From Pyrobaculum sp. (lineage in GTDB: Archaea > Thermoproteota > Thermoprotei > Thermoproteales > Thermoproteaceae): a stretch of 16,383 nucleotides of DNA. The position numbers were made by a program, and so were the translations under genes. Positions 6,981 through 13,574 of the stretch are shown here, in pieces. Below the pieces are notes generated by a model. The model searched no databases, was not told the origin of the DNA, and was given only the letters and a program-made list of their open reading frames with translations. Where the stretch lies: the NCBI GenBank assembly GCA_046293555.1, contig JBKBOT010000001.1:71270-87652 (forward strand), in the 5' to 3' direction. The number at the start of each line of letters is the position of its first letter. The stretch's first letter is position 1.

Positions 6981-9856
6981 ATCCTCAACTCAGACCGCAA
7001 GCCTCTGGGGTACCCCACCCCATCTGCCCAAGTTTTAAACAAAAGCCGCGCCTTAGGCCGCCACAACGTCACAACGTCGCCAGGCTTGGCCCAAACCTCT
7101 TGCCTAACTAGCGGTATGACCAAGACGGGGTCCCAGGGGAAGACATAGGTGGCGTTGATGTAGACAACCCCGCCCGTGGTTTCTGCGACTTTTGTCCACA
7201 CGCCGCCTTGCATCTGGTAGAAGCCAAAACCCGCCACGGGCCCTCCTGCCGCCACTTTCACCACGCCGCCGCCTATAACCTCAAATATCGGCTCGGAGAC
7301 ATGTTCCACAATCTCCACCCGCCCCAAGATCTCAAAATATTTCTGAAAGTCGCCGACATATACGGCCTGCGGGCTTGCCCCGCTTTCGGCACATCTATAC
7401 ATAAACTGCCTCCCGCCGGCGCTAAACGCGTTTATGCCGTGGAAATAGGGGGCGCCGTCTAGGTATAAATATAGCGAAACGTTCAGCTGGGGGGTCGCCA
7501 ATACGGGCGGCATATAGGCGACGCTCTTGACTAGATACGAGACGTGGCTAGATACAAAAAAGGCGAAGTGGTGCCTCCGGCCGGAGTCAACCTCCTCCAC
7601 CACGACTTGGAGCGGGCCTGTGTAGTTACTCGGCGTGACGTATAGCGGCTTGGCGCCCACGACGACAGGACGGCAGCCTGTAGCCAGCCCGCCATCTACA
7701 TGCCAGCCGGGGCCGACATATAACGTATCGAAGGTATCCCACACCCTCGATATATTTGCTAACAACAGCCAGCGGCCCCACCTGCCGTTACCTGTGGACA
7801 CCACGTGGCCCATCTCTACCCAAAGCCTTACCGTAAGCCACTTTCTCTCCCCGATGTATGTCAACATGAAGGAATAGCCGGCGCCAGGCAGGGCCAGAGC
7901 CGCGGCGACGCCAGGCGGCCACAGTGTGGTATTTAGCTCTATACACATCATGTCTAGACATGCGGTAGTTGGAGCTAATGCCAACAGCCAGCTTGAAGAG
8001 ACGTTAGAAGGCATGGTGGGGGCGCCTAGAGGCAACGCGTCTGTCCACCCCGCCGGGATCTCCGCGTCTGAAACGCCTTCCCACATGTAGTCATAAAAAC
8101 GGCCGTAGGTGGGGTCCGCGGCCTGGTGTAAAAGCCTCTCTCCAGCTCTGGTGGTGTTTCTATATTCGGCAGCTGGATAGACCACACTCAGCATAGAGGC
8201 CTGGTGGGGTGGAGGCAAGATGCATTCAGACGATATGTCGAAATCGCCTGTTTCTGGGCTAAAGCGGTAGGTCTTAAGCCTATAGGTGTGCCAATAGTCG
8301 AGATGGGGGTCGCCCCACAGTAGGGTTAAAAGATCTCTAAACCCAGCCAGTCCACATATTGGCGACATGGAGGCCGCCAGCCAGTCCACTAGCTTCAGTC
8401 TGGAGATTGGCCACTGGACGCCGCCCCGTGGCCCCACTTTTGCATATCCCACCCAACTGCCGTTAGCTTTAGTGTATACATGTTGGCTATAGACGCAGTG
8501 GACGGCCTCTCTAGGCCACTGGCGGCAGGGATCCGGCGGCGAGTACCACGCCACGTCGAGTCTCTTATTGTCATTATCTATAGCCACGTGGAGGTAGGCC
8601 CAAGCCCGCCTGCCGGGGGGAGGTGCCTGGTAGTACAGCTTACCGTTGGCGGCAGCCCTCTCGTAGTCTAAAAGCTTCCCTCTGTCGTCTACCGCCCGTA
8701 GATATGTGCCGTGTGAATCTACCCACACGTCGCCGAGTTTCCACAACACCATGGCGCCTAGCCGCGTGGCGGACCCTAGCGGCATTTTTACCACCAAACG
8801 CCGGCCTAAAAGCGTCTTGTCGCCAGCCCTCACGGCGACATGGGGTAATAACGTCAAGTTTGTCCTAATGGCTACTGCGGCCAGGGCGCCACGCCAGACC
8901 CAACTCGCCCCAATCCAGGTGGAGTTACCCACCGCGTTTATTACAAAACAGTCAGGCGGCTTACATATATCCACCCCCATGGCCACTCTTGAGACATATA
9001 GAGGCACCTCACGCGGGGGGCTAACCTCCAACTCGCCCCATTGGGACGGCACTGCGACCACCGAGATTGACGCCTTGGCGGCAAACGGCTTTTTCCACAC
9101 GTCGCCTATATACACCCCAGCGGGCGAGAGGTCTGTATATACAACCGCGGTGTCTCTCCCCAAATCGTTGTAAAACCGGCGGTCTGTATAGAGCCAGATC
9201 TGCGGGATTTTAGCCGAGACAACACCAGTGTTCACAACGTCGCCCGGCCTTCTGCCGTCTAGCTCCAAGGCGTGCCACCACTGGGGGCTTCTGCCAGCTA
9301 ATACGAGGTTTGTGCCCACATATGGCGTCTTGCAGAACGGCCAGCTTTTATCGTCAGGAAGCTCCACACAAAGGTCGACACGCCACCAGTGTTTTATGGG
9401 GATAGACGCCTTGATGTACTCCACGGCCTTTTTCCTCACCTCAGATACCACAAACCTCACGGTCTTTCTCTCTCTCTCGGGCTCTTTTGCCACCCTGTAG
9501 TATATCCCCCACCACCCGCCGTCTTTCCAACATTCGTAGCGCTCTATCCGCCACGGCGAGTCTGGCTGGAAGTACTCCAGCTCGATGCTATACTCCAGAG
9601 CTTTATCCCACCTGCCAGTAGAAGGCGTGGAGTATATCAACGCCGTGGTGGCGTTATAAAACGTGGCTCCCCACACCACTGTCTTCTCAAAGCCGGAGGT
9701 TAAAACCAGCGGCTTCCCCCAAGCCGGCGCCCAGGTCTCAAAGCTAAACTCCACTGAGATAACCCCAGTGGTGTCGACGTCGTAAGTCCCCGTCTTCACA
9801 CAAGTCACCGCGGCTATCGCCAGTTGTGCCAATAGTATTAGGCCCAGTAGCCGCAT
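6956..9856 (-). CDS. Large secreted beta-rich protein, putative pilus-associated adhesin/tip or surface protein (966 aa)
   Basis: Sec-type signal MRLLGLILLAQLAIAA; rich in Trp/Tyr/Val; 16 Cys; about 11 N-x-S/T sequons; no obvious C-terminal anchor. Function inferred from context only. Confidence 0.7.
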   Translation of the reverse strand: MRLLGLILLAQLAIAAVTCVKTGTYDVDTTGVISVEFSFETWAPAWGKPLVLTSGFEKTVVWGATFYNATTALIYSTPSTGRWDKALEYSIELEYFQPDSPWRIERYECWKDGGWWGIYYRVAKEPERERKTVRFVVSEVRKKAVEYIKASIPIKHWWRVDLCVELPDDKSWPFCKTPYVGTNLVLAGRSPQWWHALELDGRRPGDVVNTGVVSAKIPQIWLYTDRRFYNDLGRDTAVVYTDLSPAGVYIGDVWKKPFAAKASISVVAVPSQWGELEVSPPREVPLYVSRVAMGVDICKPPDCFVINAVGNSTWIGASWVWRGALAAVAIRTNLTLLPHVAVRAGDKTLLGRRLVVKMPLGSATRLGAMVLWKLGDVWVDSHGTYLRAVDDRGKLLDYERAAANGKLYYQAPPPGRRAWAYLHVAIDNDNKRLDVAWYSPPDPCRQWPREAVHCVYSQHVYTKANGSWVGYAKVGPRGGVQWPISRLKLVDWLAASMSPICGLAGFRDLLTLLWGDPHLDYWHTYRLKTYRFSPETGDFDISSECILPPPHQASMLSVVYPAAEYRNTTRAGERLLHQAADPTYGRFYDYMWEGVSDAEIPAGWTDALPLGAPTMPSNVSSSWLLALAPTTACLDMMCIELNTTLWPPGVAAALALPGAGYSFMLTYIGERKWLTVRLWVEMGHVVSTGNGRWGRWLLLANISRVWDTFDTLYVGPGWHVDGGLATGCRPVVVGAKPLYVTPSNYTGPLQVVVEEVDSGRRHHFAFFVSSHVSYLVKSVAYMPPVLATPQLNVSLYLYLDGAPYFHGINAFSAGGRQFMYRCAESGASPQAVYVGDFQKYFEILGRVEIVEHVSEPIFEVIGGGVVKVAAGGPVAGFGFYQMQGGVWTKVAETTGGVVYINATYVFPWDPVLVIPLVRQEVWAKPGDVVTLWRPKARLLFKTWADGVGYPRGLRSELRICYQPKPC

Positions 9857-9875
9857 ATGCCTTTTGGCTCTCTAG

Positions 9876-9888
9876 GGGAAAAACCTTA
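9876..9888 (-). promoter_or_regulatory. Cluster motif TAA-GG-TTTTTCCC
   Basis: Exact copy, 32 nt before ATG 9856. Confidence 0.5.
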
Positions 9889-10455
9889 GGGACACCCCAC
9901 TGGGAGATATATGGGGTAGTCCACTATATATATAAACGCGGCGTCTCGAGGCGCCAGGACATATAGCGTAGATGTGCCGTTGTGATACACCAAGGCGTGT
10001 TCCGTCCTGACGAGCTCCCCACCTGCCTGACCTCCAACATACGCCAGAGTTTCTAGCCAGGGCAAGAAGTCGACAGAGTGGACTAGAGAGATCTCATACA
10101 ACACCGCCGGCTCTCCAGACGGCTTTAACGCCTCTATACACCTCACTACCTCTAGGTGTAGCTGATATGTCACATATCTGCCCTCGCCCCGTAGCCTGTA
10201 GCCCACGGGCACATTGCCCCCGGCCTGCGGGCTGCCGGCAGAGAGAGGTTTTACAAGCGTTATGTTAAAACCACTGCGGAAGACATTTATGTCGTCAGTT
10301 TTGTTAAGGAGATGTAGGTCTCTAAACTTGGCCTTGGCTAGGTAGAGCTCCTCGGCGGTATTTATAAAGGCAACCTGGGGGCTGTGGACCACGGCTAAAA
10401 TAGCCACAAGAGACGTGAGCGCCAGAGCTATAACTCCATACGCCACAGCCCACAT
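9886..10455 (-). CDS. Membrane-anchored protein, putative minor pilin (about 189 aa)
   Basis: N-terminal TM helix (MWAVAYGVIALALTSLVAILAVV); sequons NKT, NIT, NGT; 2 Cys. The start is ATG 10455 (1 nt after the upstream stop) or GTG 10464. Confidence 0.65.
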   Translation of the reverse strand: MWAVAYGVIALALTSLVAILAVVHSPQVAFINTAEELYLAKAKFRDLHLLNKTDDINVFRSGFNITLVKPLSAGSPQAGGNVPVGYRLRGEGRYVTYQLHLEVVRCIEALKPSGEPAVLYEISLVHSVDFLPWLETLAYVGGQAGGELVRTEHALVYHNGTSTLYVLAPRDAAFIYIVDYPIYLPVGCP

Positions 10456-10456
10456 A

Positions 10457-10768
10457 TTACCCACAGGAGATGTATATTAAGCCGCCCCTAGCCTGTATAT
10501 ACATGACGCCACAAGCCACCACCTCTCCCACCGCCAGCGGCCTCTCCCCTAGATACGCCCAGCCGAATCTAGCCGCCGGCCTCCCGGCCACATAAAGCAC
10601 GGCGGAGTGTTCCAGCTGTTGTACATACCCCTGCGTCACCTTAAAGACGCAGTCTGAACACTGCACCACCTGGCTCACGCCCTCATATATGGGAAAGAGG
10701 GCAGCAATAAACGCCGCGACAAAAGCCAACACCCCAGAGGCCACCAGAAGCTCCTCGACTTCCCTCAT
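10457..10768 (-). CDS. Putative minor pilin (103 aa)
   Basis: Start re-placed at ATG 10768 (ATGA overlap with the upstream stop). MREVEELLVASGVLAFVAAFIAALFP has Glu at +5 and a hydrophobic helix; 4 Cys. Confidence 0.65.
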   Translation of the reverse strand: MREVEELLVASGVLAFVAAFIAALFPIYEGVSQVVQCSDCVFKVTQGYVQQLEHSAVLYVAGRPAARFGWAYLGERPLAVGEVVACGVMYIQARGGLIYISCG

Positions 10769-11193
10769 GGACACCTGTACTGCGCCACCAGCCACCTCCC
10801 CCGCGAGGCGAGACCCACCGGGGTACAAGACGACGTGTTAACAGAGTGGCCATACGGCGGCGGACACCACAAGCCTGTATACGGATCGCCCACCCTAACC
10901 GGGCGTCTAGCCTCGCAACGATAGCCGCCGGGATAGAGCTCAAAAACTGCCACCAGCTCGCCGGGGGGGCCCACATATTTTCTAAACCTCTCCACATCTC
11001 CCCCATATTCCACGAGGTAGAGGCCGTCCGAGCTGTTGTAGACATAGACCACCCTCGTGGGCATATTTCCGCCGGGAGAGATGGGCATCTCTACAAGCCT
11101 CCAGTACATATACTGTTGAGCCACCATAGCCACATATATCAACAACGCCGTCAGTGCGGCCATAAAGACCGCTACTGCGACAAAATGGTCCAT
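10765..11193 (-). CDS. Putative minor pilin (142 aa)
   Basis: MDHFVAVAVFMAALTALLIYVAMVA helix, beta-rich domain, 4 Cys, NSS and NTS sequons; directly downstream of the major pilin. Confidence 0.65.
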   Translation of the reverse strand: MDHFVAVAVFMAALTALLIYVAMVAQQYMYWRLVEMPISPGGNMPTRVVYVYNSSDGLYLVEYGGDVERFRKYVGPPGELVAVFELYPGGYRCEARRPVRVGDPYTGLWCPPPYGHSVNTSSCTPVGLASRGRWLVAQYRCP

Positions 11194-11254
11194 AGCCTCG
11201 GCGAAATATACCTTCCTACAAACACCGCCTTGTGACGCCAGGTCGAAGCCATGG

Positions 11255-11260
11255 AAAAAA
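11255..11260 (-). terminator. Possible oligo-T terminator after the major pilin gene
   Basis: T6 run 22 nt after the pilin stop. Oligo-T termination is established in archaea; this site is untested. Confidence 0.3.
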
Positions 11261-11271
11261 TGGGTGGGGTT

Positions 11272-11284
11272 GGGAAAAACGTTA
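11272..11284 (-). promoter_or_regulatory. Cluster motif TAA-CG-TTTTTCCC
   Basis: Exact copy, 32 nt before an ATG at 11252. Confidence 0.45.
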
Positions 11285-11725
11285 AGAAATTCCCACCGTA
11301 ACTACCCCCTTTGCCACTTGTACAGTCTTTCCGCTAGACGCATCTATTGCATATATGACGTATGTATATTGTGTCCCTGGTGTAAGGGTGGCGGGGAATC
11401 TACATGTCGCAGACTGACCAGCCGTCAGGTTTAGGCTATTGCTCATCGCGTTGATTTGCCGTGCCGTAACGCACCTCCCAGTAATTGGGTTGCCTAAATT
11501 CTGTCCGCTTTGGGCATAGGCTAGCAACAAGCCGGATAGTCTGCCGTTTAGGATTTCTACCGTTACGTCAAATCCAGCCCTGTCTGTAGTCACTATGGCG
11601 TTTGCCCTCAGGGCCTCTGCTGCAGATTTTCCCATTCCCTGAAATGTGAGCACAGCTATAACTCCGATGATCACAAACGCCGCGGCTACTAACAGCGCCT
11701 CGACGCTTATCATACCTCTCGCCAT
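11282..11725 (-). CDS. Archaeal type IV pilin, probable major pilin (class III signal peptide)
   Basis: MARG|MISVEALLVAAAFVIIGVIAVLTF: basic residue-Gly cleavage site, Glu at +5, hydrophobic alpha-1. C-terminal LTPGTQYTYVIYA strand pattern typical of archaeal pilins; one Cys pair; NLT sequon. Confidence 0.85.
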   Translation of the reverse strand: MARGMISVEALLVAAAFVIIGVIAVLTFQGMGKSAAEALRANAIVTTDRAGFDVTVEILNGRLSGLLLAYAQSGQNLGNPITGRCVTARQINAMSNSLNLTAGQSATCRFPATLTPGTQYTYVIYAIDASSGKTVQVAKGVVTVGIS

Positions 11726-11745
11726 GAGTGGAGCTGGAGGTGGGT

Positions 11746-11758
11746 GGGAAAAATGTTA
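11746..11758 (-). promoter_or_regulatory. Cluster motif TAA-CA-TTTTTCCC
   Basis: Exact copy, 33 nt before the pilin ATG 11725; no Shine-Dalgarno in between. Confidence 0.5.
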
Positions 11759-12958
11759 GAAGAGGTACCCCAAGGCCAGGTTTGCCAAGAGGCCCGCGGC
11801 GCCTCCTAACGTCAGAGAGTTGTGTAGCCCCAGGGGGGCTAGAAACACCGTGGCGTAAAGCGCGATGATTGTAGCCATCGTTATAGACAACATCTGTCTT
11901 ACCTCCTCTAGAGGCGGCGGGGAGAGAAATGGGATGTAGCCCCCCACATCTATCCCGCCTAGAGTCTTCACCGCGGTGGAGATAGAGTAGGCGAGGACGA
12001 GCACGGCAAATGTAAACAAGGCGAAATAGGCCCCGGCCAGTTTTAACATCTTTTTTACTGTCTGTGTCTCTAGGTCTATTAACGTCTGGATGTGTTCCAC
12101 AGCCCTTATGGCCGTAGATCCTCCGGCCTCTGTGATGGCGCGATACATGCCGCGCGCCAGTATGAAGTATTTCGACGGGACAAAATAGCCATATGCAATC
12201 TTCTGCGCGATTTTAAACCTATCTGACAACCGTCCGGTGATGACATCTGGAGGCGCGCCTTCTTTCAACAGGGCTGCGGCAGATCTCAACATGGGGGCTA
12301 TCTCCCCCCTTATCTTAAACCACCACAGGCGGCTGGTTGCCACAAGCCATCCATATAGCAAGAAGCCCGCAGCTAGAAAGAAAAGTGGTGGCGTGGCGAT
12401 GTAGGCCGCCAAAAGGCCTGTCGAGATGGCGGCGGGAAAAGCCCAGCTGTAGGCCTTAGCCAGAGAGACGTCTTTTGGGGTGACATAAATCGCGTAGAGC
12501 CCCATAGCCGCCGCGATGGATAGAACTACTGCAGCCAGCGAGATGCCGTCTATAGCCACAACGCCAAGCGCCCAGAGGAACAGAAAGAAGAGAGGCAGTA
12601 TAAACAACGCCCCCAGCGACGAGGATATAGACTCGTAAACCCGCGCCCGCGCCTCTGTTTTCGCCAACGCCAGAGACCTTACAGACTCTAGGAAGGAGTG
12701 CACCACAACCTGTCTATCTACTCCAGACTCCTCTTGCGCCAAGGCGAAGCCAAAAAGCCTGGCGGCTTCCGACTTGTCTTCTAGAAAGTGGCTAGAGGGA
12801 GCCGGCGTGAGCGACGCCACAAATAGCCTCCTGGCCTCTCTCTCGTCAAGCTCGGCCACATTTAGGGCGCAGAGCCTCAAGGCGTCATTTCCAGAAATTG
12901 CCCCCAGATAGATCGCAAAGATGGGGGCCGTATATAGGTAGAAATCCTCTCTGCCCAC
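11756..12958 (-). CDS. Type IV pilus membrane platform protein (T2SS-F / TadB-TadC / ArlJ-like)
   Basis: Two cytoplasmic helical regions, each followed by TM bundles (about 7 hydrophobic segments). EIAPMLRSAAALLKEGAPP resembles the T2SS-F repeat start. Located between the ATPase and the pilin. Confidence 0.75.
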   Translation of the reverse strand: MGREDFYLYTAPIFAIYLGAISGNDALRLCALNVAELDEREARRLFVASLTPAPSSHFLEDKSEAARLFGFALAQEESGVDRQVVVHSFLESVRSLALAKTEARARVYESISSSLGALFILPLFFLFLWALGVVAIDGISLAAVVLSIAAAMGLYAIYVTPKDVSLAKAYSWAFPAAISTGLLAAYIATPPLFFLAAGFLLYGWLVATSRLWWFKIRGEIAPMLRSAAALLKEGAPPDVITGRLSDRFKIAQKIAYGYFVPSKYFILARGMYRAITEAGGSTAIRAVEHIQTLIDLETQTVKKMLKLAGAYFALFTFAVLVLAYSISTAVKTLGGIDVGGYIPFLSPPPLEEVRQMLSITMATIIALYATVFLAPLGLHNSLTLGGAAGLLANLALGYLF

Positions 12959-12980
12959 AAGGGGGAAAGCCCACCGTGGG

Positions 12981-12993
12981 GGGAAAAAGGTTA
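12981..12993 (-). promoter_or_regulatory. Cluster motif TAA-CC-TTTTTCCC
   Basis: Exact copy, 35 nt before GTG 12958. Confidence 0.45.
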
Positions 12994-13332
12994 GAAGAGA
13001 TTAGACAAGACCTCCCTAATGTGCGCCAGCTTTCCCGCCCTCTCCACGGCTTTTGGCAGCTCTCTCACGGCATCTACAGGTGGGAGACCTGTGGAGACAC
13101 GTCGCAGTATGTAGTCAACAGCTAGCTCTAGGTGTCTACTTAAGTCAACCGATTTGGCTAACTCACGCCAGTCCTCTTCCTCAAGCCAGACCCCCGCCCC
13201 CGCGAGGCGGCGCATGGCCTTAAAAAGCCTCTTCTCTCTCACGCCGAGTTCTTTAGCCAGCTCACATATCCACCTAGCCGTCGAGAGGGTAAAACCCTTT
13301 TTGACGGCTAGCTTCTCTATGGGGCACATCAC
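12991..13332 (-). CDS. Small cytoplasmic helical protein with a winged-HTH-like segment (113 aa)
   Basis: ICELAKELGVREKRLFKAMRRLAGAGVW matches the ELAxxLGV...hxxLxxxGh HTH pattern. 4-nt overlap with the upstream gene. Confidence 0.55.
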   Translation of the reverse strand: MMCPIEKLAVKKGFTLSTARWICELAKELGVREKRLFKAMRRLAGAGVWLEEEDWRELAKSVDLSRHLELAVDYILRRVSTGLPPVDAVRELPKAVERAGKLAHIREVLSNLF

Positions 13333-13556
13333 CTCCAGTTAAGCAGCAAGAGGGCTAGCCTTGTATATGGGTCGTTTTTACTTTCCAGCGCCTTTATGAG
13401 GACCTCCTTGGGGACTGCGCGGAGTATTTCTTGAGCCAGCTGAGGCGGCATTTCTACCAACGCCTTGACTAGGCAGTCCTGCCAAGACTCGCCAGCAGGC
13501 GTTTTGTCTCCCTCTATCCCGCCCGCCAGCGTCTCTTCAAGCCTTTTTCTCAACAT
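13329..13556 (-). CDS. Small helical hypothetical protein (75 aa)
   Basis: Strong SD GGAGGTGG (13569-13562) 5 nt before ATG 13556. The stop overlaps the next start. Confidence 0.65.
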   Translation of the reverse strand: MLRKRLEETLAGGIEGDKTPAGESWQDCLVKALVEMPPQLAQEILRAVPKEVLIKALESKNDPYTRLALLLLNWR

Positions 13557-13574
13557 GTGTCCCACCTCCCACAG

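Noticed and set aside
11262-11274. G-tracts in spacers (also near 6486-6496 and 11742-11748) as G-quadruplexes
   Set aside because: Fewer than four separate G3 runs; better explained as part of the repeated motif and C-rich spacers.
12237-12300. GTGATGA box C-like sequence (possible C/D sRNA)
   Set aside because: No CTGA box D at a suitable distance; it lies antisense within a CDS.
12970-12980. CCCAC-C-GTGGG inverted repeat
   Set aside because: Too short for a confident hairpin and not present in the other spacers.
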